A DNA stretch of 53,475 nucleotides. It comes from Candidatus Fimimonas sp. Its GTDB lineage: Bacteria > Bacillota > Clostridia > Christensenellales > CAG-314. The DNA lies in the NCBI GenBank assembly GCA_045644945.1, contig JAZRHU010000016.1:1-53475 (forward strand). The letters run 5' to 3'. The notes beneath the pieces are model-generated. The model was not told the DNA's origin and did no database searches. It was given only the letters and a program-made list of their open reading frames with translations. The number at the start of each line of letters is the position of its first letter. Positions within the stretch are counted from its first letter, which is position 1. Both the position numbers and the translations under genes were made by a program. This document shows, in pieces, positions 18,177 to 26,600 of this stretch.

Positions 18177-18192
18177 TCTAACAGGTAAATCG

Positions 18193-18843
18193 ATGTTTTT
18201 TTACGAGTTTTTTCGCATCTTCGGTTTGTTGATGGGCTGGCCCATCCAATGGATATTTTTCAAGAAAAAAGTCTATTACGAAGACAAAAAGTACAAAAAC
18301 TGGAAAAAGGGCGGAAAACTATTTATTTCCAATCACTACAACGTATTTGACTACGGCCTAAACTGCTTTATGGTCTTCCCACGAAAGCTTTTTGCTGTGA
18401 CGTCAGAGTTACCATTCAAAAGCAAGTTGTTGCGATTTGGAATGAAGTTTTTCGGCACGATACAAGCCAATCGCATCACAGGCGACATGAGTTTTATCGA
18501 CAAGTCTGCCGAAGTCATTCAAAAGGGCAAACTTGTGCAAATCTTCCCCGAAGGACGTAACACTCCCGATGGCCAAATGCACCCTTTCAAACCCAGTTAT
18601 ATCATGATTGCCTCCATGGCAAATTGTAAAATTGTCCCCATTATCAGCGATGGTAACTATGGACTTTTCAAGCGTGTAAGTGTTATTGTAGGTAACGAAA
18701 TTGACCTAGGCGAACTGTTGGGCAAGGATCCAGCCGAGTTTACCAAGGAAGATATCCAACTTGCAAACGACTTGATTTATCAAAAGTCGCTACAATTGCG
18801 TCAAACGCTGGAACAACTAAAACAAAGGAAAGGCAAAAAATAA
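18193..18843 (+). CDS. PlsC-family acyltransferase, 216 aa
   Basis: HX4D variant SNHYNVFDY and the FPEGR motif. Start moved to ATG 18193, just after the MFS stop. Confidence 0.75.
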   Translation: MFFYEFFRIFGLLMGWPIQWIFFKKKVYYEDKKYKNWKKGGKLFISNHYNVFDYGLNCFMVFPRKLFAVTSELPFKSKLLRFGMKFFGTIQANRITGDMSFIDKSAEVIQKGKLVQIFPEGRNTPDGQMHPFKPSYIMIASMANCKIVPIISDGNYGLFKRVSVIVGNEIDLGELLGKDPAEFTKEDIQLANDLIYQKSLQLRQTLEQLKQRKGKK

Positions 18844-19823
18844 TGCAACATCTATTACTTAACTTTTTTACACATCCTGCATTTTTGTGGACAGTAGCGG
18901 GGCTACTTATTTCTGGTGTAGCGTTTTGGATTGTATCCTACCTTGTTGCATCACACTTGGTGTATGTAAAAACACTCAAGCGCAACTCCAAAGACCAATG
19001 GGGCCGAGACTACCCATCCGATTTGAACGAGCGTTCCGTTGCAATGTACCAAGCAGGTATCGCTTGGGCGGAACTCAACAAGCAACACAAAATTGATGTT
19101 CACATCGTAAACGAAGGCCTCAACTTGTACGGAGAGTACTACGACTTTGGCTACGACAGATGTGTGTTCATTTTGTCCGGCCGAACCGAGGCACTCAAGT
19201 ATGGCTACTACTTTGCTATCCCCTACGCTAAACTTGGTTTTAACGTACTAGTTGTCGATCCACGTGGCCATGGTCTTTCCGATGGCGACTACAATACCAT
19301 TGGCTTTGAGGAAAGCAAAGACCAAGTTGCTTGGATACGTCACCTTCAACAAAAGTTTGGTGTCAAAAGCGTGGTTTTGCATGGCATTTGCATTGGTTCA
19401 GCAGGTGGCTCGTACGCCCTCACTTCTGGAAACTGCCCACCAATTGTCAAGGGATTTGTTGCCGAAGGTATGTATGCAACATTTTACGAATCAATGAAAA
19501 ACCACCTCATAGAAAGGAAAAAACCCGTATTTATCATGATTGATTTGATTGATGCTCAAATGAAAAAGCACACAGGTCACACAATGAAATATGGGCCAAT
19601 CAATGTGATCGACAAACTTGATGTGCCATTCATGATGTTGCACAGCAAAAAGGATCAATATTCCAAGGCCGATCTTGCGCGAAAACTCTTTGACAAAGCC
19701 GGTTCAAAGCAAAAAGAAATTGTTTGGTTTCCCGAAGGCGATCACTCCATGTTGCGCATAACCGACACTCAAAGATATGACGAAAGTATCGAAAATTTTG
19801 TTAATAAAATATACAATGAATAA
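18843..19823 (+). CDS. Membrane-anchored alpha/beta hydrolase, 326 aa
   Basis: N-terminal TM helix, hydrolase-like core (DPRGHGLSDG; GICIGS nucleophile-elbow variant). 1-nt overlap with the upstream stop. Confidence 0.7.
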   Translation: MQHLLLNFFTHPAFLWTVAGLLISGVAFWIVSYLVASHLVYVKTLKRNSKDQWGRDYPSDLNERSVAMYQAGIAWAELNKQHKIDVHIVNEGLNLYGEYYDFGYDRCVFILSGRTEALKYGYYFAIPYAKLGFNVLVVDPRGHGLSDGDYNTIGFEESKDQVAWIRHLQQKFGVKSVVLHGICIGSAGGSYALTSGNCPPIVKGFVAEGMYATFYESMKNHLIERKKPVFIMIDLIDAQMKKHTGHTMKYGPINVIDKLDVPFMMLHSKKDQYSKADLARKLFDKAGSKQKEIVWFPEGDHSMLRITDTQRYDESIENFVNKIYNE

Positions 19824-19834
19824 GGAGCTAAACT

Positions 19835-20326
19835 GTGAAGAATTGCAATTACTGTGGTAGCAAGCTTGATGATTCTGCAACGTTTTGTTCAACTTGTGGC
19901 AAATTAGTAAACGACTCTCAAGACAACCTTACCAAACAATCCACAACAGAGTATGTCAATCCCATCACCGAAGACAAAAAGTCCTCTTTGGGCCGAAAAC
20001 TTTTGATAGATTCTATCATTGGACTTGTACTAAGCATTGTTGCGCTTATCATTCATGTGAGTTTTTGTCCGATGTTTTTGATGATGGATATGTTCGGAGA
20101 TGCGTTCGGCATTATGCTTGTGTCAATACCTGTAAACATTGTAGGCACTTGTTTTAGCGGTAGTGCACGTGCCAAACTCAAAAAGTACAAGTCAATGTAT
20201 GGACAAACAAGTGGACCTGCAAGCGTAGGCAAGGGACTGTCCATTCCAGCCAATATCATAAATATATTCCTGTTGGCTTTCCAAACATTTATGTTTGTTT
20301 TTACATGCGTAATGTTGAATATCTAG
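19835..20326 (+). CDS. Zinc-ribbon membrane protein, paralog 1 (GTG start)
   Basis: CNYCGSKLDDSATFCSTCG followed by hydrophobic helices. Same architecture as the next three genes. Confidence 0.7.
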   Translation: MKNCNYCGSKLDDSATFCSTCGKLVNDSQDNLTKQSTTEYVNPITEDKKSSLGRKLLIDSIIGLVLSIVALIIHVSFCPMFLMMDMFGDAFGIMLVSIPVNIVGTCFSGSARAKLKKYKSMYGQTSGPASVGKGLSIPANIINIFLLAFQTFMFVFTCVMLNI

Positions 20327-20408
20327 TACCAATTTTATAACATGTCAATCTTCAGCTCAGGGCAAAGCTGTAAAAAATTTGTCCAACTTTACATAGGAGG
20401 TAAAAAAT

Positions 20409-20912
20409 ATGTATTGTAAGTATTGTGGAACTCAAATTTCAAACGACTCAAAATTTTGCCACAACTGCGGAAGTAATGTTGAACCTCAAGGTGATGTTGC
20501 GCTTCAACCAGTTGTAGAGCAACCTGTGGTAGCTGAACCAATCGAACCTGTCAAACCAAAAGTTAGCATTTCCAAAAGTATCAAATCTTTGGTGTTCGGT
20601 GCAATCGGTATGGAGTTTGCCATCATGGCAATGATATTCATTATTGAATTTATTGCAGTATTTTCAATTAGTGTTGGAACAGAGGACAACGGAGCAATCA
20701 TTGCACTTGTGATTGTATTTTTGCCAATTTCCATCATTGGCCTATGCTTTGCTAATGCAGCAAAGAGCAATTCGGACGAGTACTGTGCATTGTCTGGTAG
20801 TCCAAATGGTTTTTCAAAAACCGGCCGTATTTTGGGCATCACAGCCAGAGTGCTTAGCATCATTAGTATTGCAATTTACGCGTTGTTTGGTACCATTGCT
20901 ATGTTCCAATAA
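20409..20912 (+). CDS. Zinc-ribbon membrane protein, paralog 2
   Basis: CKYCGTQISNDSKFCHNCG plus helices. AGGAGG RBS in a leader shared with paralog 4. Confidence 0.75.
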   Translation: MYCKYCGTQISNDSKFCHNCGSNVEPQGDVALQPVVEQPVVAEPIEPVKPKVSISKSIKSLVFGAIGMEFAIMAMIFIIEFIAVFSISVGTEDNGAIIALVIVFLPISIIGLCFANAAKSNSDEYCALSGSPNGFSKTGRILGITARVLSIISIAIYALFGTIAMFQ

Positions 20913-20969
20913 CAGTTTGAGTGCAGTAAAAATAGTCCCAAAGCTAAAAAATAATAGGAGGAACTTCTA

Positions 20970-21458
20970 ATGAATTGTAAGTATTGTGGAAAAGACCTAT
21001 TAGACGGTTCAAAGTTTTGCCCAACATGTGGCAAAATGGTTATTGACGAACAAAACATAACAACCGAGTATGTTGCTGACGAAGTAGTTGATCCAACTGT
21101 AGCAGCATCAAAAAACTATCTTGCGGGCCAAATTCTTTCCAAGGCTATCACAAGTTTGGTGCTTTCGGCTGTATCTATCACGTTTTCAATGTTTATGTTC
21201 GTGATTGGGGGTGTGATGGAATCTGTAGGCGTAATTGTAATTGGAACGTTTATCGGATTGGCGCTAAATATTTTTGGATTGGGCGTCAAAAACAAAGCAA
21301 AGGCAAATGCTCGCGTATTTGCATCTAAATACGGCGAAACAACTGGTAAAGCTAAAATTGGAAAAATTTTGTGTATTCCTGCAACAATTTTGAACATAAT
21401 CCTACTTGTTTACCACGCTATGATGTTTTTACCACTCCTCGCAGCGATAACTCAATAA
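20970..21458 (+). CDS. Zinc-ribbon membrane protein, paralog 3
   Basis: MNCKYCGKDLLDGSKFCPTCGK is identical to the first 22 aa of paralog 4. The C-terminal GKILCIPATILNIILLVY is also shared. Confidence 0.75.
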   Translation: MNCKYCGKDLLDGSKFCPTCGKMVIDEQNITTEYVADEVVDPTVAASKNYLAGQILSKAITSLVLSAVSITFSMFMFVIGGVMESVGVIVIGTFIGLALNIFGLGVKNKAKANARVFASKYGETTGKAKIGKILCIPATILNIILLVYHAMMFLPLLAAITQ

Positions 21459-21564
21459 TGTATCTAAAGTGGCAGTTTGCAAATGTGTAGATAGTCAACA
21501 AACACTCTGCATAAAATTGCAAAGCTGTAAAAACTTGTCCAACCATACACAGGAGGCAAAAAAT

Positions 21565-22050
21565 ATGAATTGTAAGTATTGTGGAAAAGACCTATTAGAC
21601 GGTTCAAAATTTTGCCCAACATGTGGCAAGAATGTATCTGACACAACGGACGACTTGGTAGACGAAACTCTCATCGAGGTGGGTGCTCCGGTAGATGATG
21701 AACAAAAAAACAGCCTCAGTAACAAGATTTTGTCAAGCGCTATTGTAAGTTTGGCTCTTTGCATTTTGGCTGCCATATCTATTTCTATCATTCCATTTGT
21801 TTTGGCTGCAACGAAAGATCTTGTATCTATTACAGCCGGATCATTCGTAGCATTGGTTATCAACATTGTGGCATTGTGTATCAAAGGCTCCGCAAAGAGA
21901 AAAGTTCGCCAATTTTCCGCATTGTACGGCGACTTGACAGCCAAGGCTAGAGTGGGAAAAATATTGTGTATTCCTTCCACAATCCTAAACATTGTTTTGC
22001 TTGTTTACGATGTAATCTTTTTCCTTGCAGGTTTGGCTGCAAATCAATAG
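21565..22050 (+). CDS. Zinc-ribbon membrane protein, paralog 4
   Basis: Start moved to ATG 21565 (AGGAGG RBS). The N-terminus is identical to paralog 3. Confidence 0.75.
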   Translation: MNCKYCGKDLLDGSKFCPTCGKNVSDTTDDLVDETLIEVGAPVDDEQKNSLSNKILSSAIVSLALCILAAISISIIPFVLAATKDLVSITAGSFVALVINIVALCIKGSAKRKVRQFSALYGDLTAKARVGKILCIPSTILNIVLLVYDVIFFLAGLAANQ

Positions 22051-22140
22051 TAAATGAGTATCTAAATCAACAGCAAATTGCTAAAAAGCAAACTATGCAA
22101 ATAGTCTAAATAATTGCTAAACTAGCAAACGAGTATTAAA

Positions 22141-22181
22141 AAATACGAACGTCGAGTTTATTCAACGTTCGTATTTTTTTT
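22141..22181 (+). terminator. Intrinsic terminator after the paralog array
   Basis: 12-bp stem AAATACGAACGT/ACGTTCGTATTT followed by TTTTTT. Confidence 0.8.
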
Positions 22182-22196
22182 ACTAAAAACAAACCG

Positions 22197-22325
22197 CAAC
22201 CGAAACTCCCAAGGGAGCCCTCTCGGTTGACGCAAGCGCCGAACTAAGGGTTCTCATCCCTCGGCAAACAAAAAACCCACACTTTTTCAAGTGCAGGTTT
22301 AGTTTGGCGGAAGTGGAGGGATTCG
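22197..22325 (-). repeat. Duplicate of the tRNA-Ser(UGA) downstream block plus the last 21 nt of the tRNA (displaced 3' fragment)
   Basis: About 129 bp, near-identical to 22505-22634. Identity stops in the T-loop (…GGGATTCG|). Confidence 0.8.
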
Positions 22326-22576
22326 TAAGGAGCAAAGCGACGGAATAGGGATTTGTCTGCAAATCCCGTCACGGATTGTTAATGATTCCCGCTACAACAC
22401 ACTCAAGATTGCGCACCTCAAAAGAGAAAAAGAAAAGTAGCTCACGTCTGTGAACTACTTTCTTTTGCGACTAAATGGTGTCGCACATTTGCCTAAACGG
22501 GATACAACCGAAACTCCCAAGGGAGCCCTCTCGGTTGACGCAAGCGCCGAACCCAAGGGTTCTCATCCCTCGGCAA

Positions 22577-22607
22577 ACAAAAAACCCACACTTTTTCAAG
22601 TGCAGGT
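22577..22607 (-). terminator. Terminator of tRNA-Ser(UGA)
   Basis: The minus strand reads ACCTGCACTT-GAAA-AAGTGTGGGT followed by TTTTTT. Confidence 0.6.
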
Positions 22608-22613
22608 TTAGTT

Positions 22614-22702
22614 TGGCGGAAGTGGAGGGATTCGAACCCCCGGGGGCTTTCACCCAAACGGTTTTCAAGACCGCCTCGTTATGACCGCTTCGATACACTT
22701 CC
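22614..22702 (-). tRNA. tRNA-Ser (anticodon UGA), class II, CCA encoded
   Basis: The reverse complement gives GGAAGTG...GCGGT-CTTGAAA-ACCGT...GGGGGTTCGAATCCCTC-CACTTCC-G-CCA. Confidence 0.9.
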
Positions 22703-22791
22703 ATATAAAATATTCAATTTTTAGCTATCGGTAGTGCAATCGAGTCAACTCTCAACAACCGCGGTCGACGTTCGCTTCGCTCGGTTGAGGA

Positions 22792-22810
22792 GCCGCTTCG
22801 ATACACTTCC
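22792..22810 (-). pseudogene. Orphan 5' fragment of tRNA-Ser(UGA): acceptor and D-arm up to the D-loop
   Basis: A 21-nt identity (CCGCTTCGATACACTTCCATA) with 22685-22705. It diverges after the D-loop into a short palindromic insert. Confidence 0.7.
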
Positions 22811-22825
22811 ATAAATTGCTTACTA

Positions 22826-22854
22826 ATTATATCAACAATAGGACAAACTGTCAA
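22826..22854 (-). promoter_or_regulatory. Consensus sigma-70 promoter reading into the tRNA-Ser fragment and the intact gene
   Basis: The minus strand reads TTGACA, a 17-nt spacer, then TATAAT. The -10 element ends 15 nt upstream of the 5' fragment. Confidence 0.7.
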
Positions 22855-22887
22855 ACTGTTTTACAGTATTTCCAAATAATATTTCAA

Positions 22888-23082
22888 TGGTGCTAGTGGG
22901 GACTTGCAAGTAGTGCAGCGACGGAATAGGGATTAAAACCCACTCATATAAGGTAATTTGTGACTACAATCCCGTCACACACATGTAGTCACCTACATCG
23001 GATTTTGAGTCCGCCTGTCTGCCCTCAGCCGAGCGAAGCGAACGCCACGTAGCGTAGCGGAGTATTCCACCACAGTGGTGTA
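22888..23082 (-). pseudogene. tRNA-Leu(CAA)-like pseudogene interrupted by two short insertions (D-loop and T-loop)
   Basis: Its anticodon and variable arms are identical to the intact tRNA-Leu (ACATGTAGTCACCTACATCGGATTTTGAGTCCG). Inserts of ~39 nt and ~73 nt are present, and the acceptor halves no longer pair. Confidence 0.65.
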
Positions 23083-23101
23083 AAGCAGTGAATTAAAACA
23101 A

Positions 23102-23131
23102 TAAAAAAAGTCGCATCCTATTGGATACGAC
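23102..23131 (-). terminator. Terminator of tRNA-Leu(CAA)
   Basis: The minus strand reads GTCGTATCC-AATA-GGATGCGAC followed by TTTTTTT. Confidence 0.75.
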
Positions 23132-23135
23132 TCTT

Positions 23136-23221
23136 TGGTGCTGGTGGTGGGACTTGAACCCACATGTAGTCACCTACATCGGATTTTGAGTCCGACGCGT
23201 CTGCCATTCCACCACACCAGC
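23136..23221 (-). tRNA. tRNA-Leu (anticodon CAA), class II, CCA encoded
   Basis: The reverse complement gives GCTGGTG...TCGGA-CTCAAAA-TCCGA-variable arm-GTGGGTTCAAGTCCCAC-CACCAGC-A-CCA. Confidence 0.9.
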
Positions 23222-23237
23222 ACGATTTAGCTTACAT

Positions 23238-23266
23238 AATATACCACAGTTGTCGGAAAAAATCAA
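23238..23266 (-). promoter_or_regulatory. Promoter of tRNA-Leu(CAA)
   Basis: The minus strand reads TTGATT, a 17-nt spacer ending TGG, then TATATT. The tRNA 5' end is about 16 nt downstream of the -10. Confidence 0.6.
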
Positions 23267-23280
23267 CAGTTTTACATCAC

Positions 23281-23433
23281 TTTTTTTAAAGATTGTTCCA
23301 AAATCTAAACTTTTTTTAAAGATTGTTTACAAAACAAAATCTTTTTCAAACATTGTCGTCAAATCCTGACTTTTTCGCAAATACCCCCACAAAATCTAAG
23401 CTTTTTCCATTGTCCCATCGCCAAACCGCAAAC
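23281..23433. repeat. Degenerate ~30-bp tandem repeat (5 units), each unit starting with a T5-7 tract
   Basis: Units start at 23281, 23311, 23342, 23371 and 23402 (TTTTTTTAAAGATTGTTCCAAAATCTAAAC and decaying variants). Confidence 0.65.
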
Positions 23434-23559
23434 TTTGCGCGCATTGACACCTTGCAATCTTGCAACAAATCCCAACTCCTCTTTGCGGATGCTTTTCGGC
23501 CCCTCACAGCCAACCATAGCCGACGATGCGCCCGCGCACCCAAATACCAATCTTGCCAA

Positions 23560-23597
23560 ACAAAAAAGCTCTCACGCGCTGTGAGAGCTTTTGTTTT
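23560..23597 (-). terminator. Terminator of the giant surface-protein gene
   Basis: Stem AGCTCTCAC/GTGAGAGCT (23568-23589) with a T-run on the minus strand. Confidence 0.75.
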
Positions 23598-23647
23598 GAT
23601 GTTTTGTTGTTGTGCGCAACTTCGATACCGCAATAGCCGTGCAAACG

Positions 23648-26600
23648 TTACTCGTCAGTTCCGCCATCGGCGCTATCATCATCCCCATCGCCATCGCTGG
23701 ACGATTCCTCGCTCAACACAACTGGCGGTGGCAAAGTTGCCTCTACCACCTCAGTCGTGGGTGATGTTTCTTGTGGTGTGGATGGAACACTTTGTTCCAA
23801 CCCCATGCCAACAATGTAGCGTTCAATCAAGTATTGCAAGTACTCTTCCGTCATCAAGCCCTTGCCCAAGGATACGCCAATGTATTGCGCTGGGAAGCAA
23901 CAATATACGTCGTAACTCATGTAGTCGGCAAAGTCTTCGTAACTCATCAAGCCGTAGATTGCAATGTCGTTTGCCATTGCTTGCTCGTCGTAGGCAAGTG
24001 TTGCTTGGTCGTAATCGAAGAAGTTAAACATACCTGCAATACCACCAGGCATACTCAACAATCCGTCAACAATCAAGTTCAAGTGGTAAACTGTTGTTGG
24101 ACTGTAGCAACCTGTGTACTCTTCCACAACGTACGCTTCCACTAGCTTTGTCGTGCCCGCATTTGGAGTGCCATCAGGTAGTGCTGTTGCAAACTCGTGA
24201 CCGATGTAATCACGCATGTTGAACTCGTCAATGTAAACGTACTTGTTCAACGTCCTATCGAAGAAGCCGTGTTCGTAGATGATTCGGCTAGTAGTGCCGT
24301 TATCAAATACAAGGTAAACAACTCTCCAAACTTGCCATCCATCGTAGTCGATAAACAATACCTTGCTTGCCTCGTACTGACCAGTTTCGTGGTTGAATAC
24401 CAACAAATAGTCGTCAGTAGTCAAGTCTTCAACTTTCTTGATGGAGCCATCCGCCATAGTGATTAGTGTACCCGCCGCAAGACAGCCACTAGATGTAGCA
24501 TTGATGGTTACTTCTTGCGCTGGCATTGTAAATGGACTTGTATAAGTTGTACCATCTGCACCTTTGATAGTGGTGCTTCTATCATTACTTTGACTATAAG
24601 TTACTGAAACTGTTACTTGAGTTCCATATAGAACTGAATACTTGCCGCTACCATTATCAACGACACCAGATCCACTGATAGTTACTGTTGCATTTGAAGA
24701 TGTAACAACAATTGAGTAACTATTAACTGTCCATTGAACATACAATGTGCTTGGTGTGTCATTAGTGATGGTTGTGTATGTGGTACCACCAGATGTAGCA
24801 CTAGCAAATTTTCCACTATAACCTGTAAGAGTTGCTTTTGCAACAGTATCATCAATGGCTACAGTTGTTCCATAAACATGTGTGTAAGTGCCTGGTTTTA
24901 CAGTTCCACCATTACCATCAAATGTGATTGTCCTTGTGTACATAGCGTACAATGCATGGTCATCTGGTGTCGTTACAGTTGATGGTTTAGCTGTAGTAAA
25001 TTCGCTATCCATATACCAACCAGCAAATGAGTATCCGTTTGGTGCTGGAGGATCTGCAAGACTACCATATGATTGTCCGTATGTAACTTGAATATCAACT
25101 GTTGTGTTGGATTCTCCAAGATAATAGAGTGTTACATTGTAAGTGTTTGCAATCCAAACTGCGTACAATGTTACTGTTGTATCGGTTGTTGCAAGATTAC
25201 TGATGTTTTCGCCATCAGTATACTTAACAGTTCCATTAGCGGTTGTCGACCAACCTGCAAATGTGTAACCAATGCGACTGAATACGTTTGTTGACAATGG
25301 TTGACCGATATCGTAAGTGAACTCTTGGTCACTCATTGCGCCATCGCCACCATTTGCGTTGAATGCAACAGTGTACTCAATTGCAGACCACTCTGCAGTG
25401 ATGGTTACTATTGCGCCATTTTGAGTTGTAAGGTTGGATACACTTGCTCCAGGAGCATATTCGGAGTCATTTACAAGCCACTTGAGTGTGTAACCTGTTC
25501 GCAATGATGTTCCAAGTGTGAACGATGTATCGTAGGTTGCGCTGACATTATCAAGAGTAGTGCCACCCTTTGTGTCGTAAACAACTGTGTAGGTTATTGG
25601 AGTTTTTGTGGCTTGTACTGTTACATTTGTGCCAATTTCTACATCAGTTGGAGCGGTGGTGGAGCCGTTTTCGTCCGTCCATGTGATGATGTAACCAGTT
25701 GCGGAGTAGTTGTAGGTGTATGCCGATCCGAAGCTTGTCTTGATTGGTGCCGTATCGGTGCCACCAAGTACATTTCCATTTTCGTCAACATAGGTTACAT
25801 CGACATAATCAGCCAACTCTTTCCAATGCGCCCAAAGAGTTTGACTTGTCGTCAAATTGTAAACATCACTACCATCGATTTGCTCGCCAGATACTTCGTC
25901 CGTAAACCAACCAACAAATTCGTAACCATCAGGTGCAGTTATTGTAGGTAAGATGGTGTTGTATGTCGAGCCGTAAGTTATTTGTTTGGATTCTTCAATA
26001 GGCGATTCGCCATAGTTGTGGTTGAATGTTACAGTAAATTGTTTTGCAGTCCAGTGAGCATACAATGTTTGTGCTGATGTGATAGTGACAGTAGTAGTAT
26101 CGGTAACTTCTGTTCCGCCACTTGCAGATGTCCACCAACCAGCAAAGTCGTAACCTGTGCGTTCAGGTGTTGGTAGGATGTTGTATGGTTGGTCATAAGT
26201 TACTGTTCTGTTTGTTTCGCCAACAGTACCACCATTTGCATTAAATGATACGTTGTAGGTATTAGCAACCCACTTAGCATAGATTGTGACATCTCCGTAG
26301 TACTTTTGATTGTAATCAATTGGTAGTGTGCAATCTGTATTCAAGTACCATCCATCAAACTTGTAACCAGTTCGAGTTGGTAGTTTGGATGTATCACTTG
26401 CTGTGATTGCAGTAGCAAAGGCTTTTGTAATGCTTTCATTTGTCGCGCCATCATAGTTCATGTTGTAAGTAAGAGTGTAATTGCCACTTTCGTACCAAGC
26501 ATTACCAGTAGAGTAGTAAGTACCTGCTGTAAATGTTGATGTTGCAGGTGTACCAATTGCATCGCTTACAATTGGACCGATAGATGGTATGGACCAATCA

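Noticed and set aside
22197-23266. Integrated prophage or genomic island bounded by the duplicated tRNA fragments.
   Set aside because: The duplicated tRNA pieces are only a few hundred bp apart. No integrase, recombinase or phage gene lies between or beside them in this window. I report it as a scrambled locus rather than calling a mobile element.
23323-24027. 234-aa plus-strand ORF spanning the tRNA-Leu upstream repeats and the 3' end of the giant gene.
   Set aside because: The translation is Arg/Cys/Gln-rich and low in complexity. It crosses a terminator hairpin and overlaps the Hint-domain tail on the opposite strand. No RBS.
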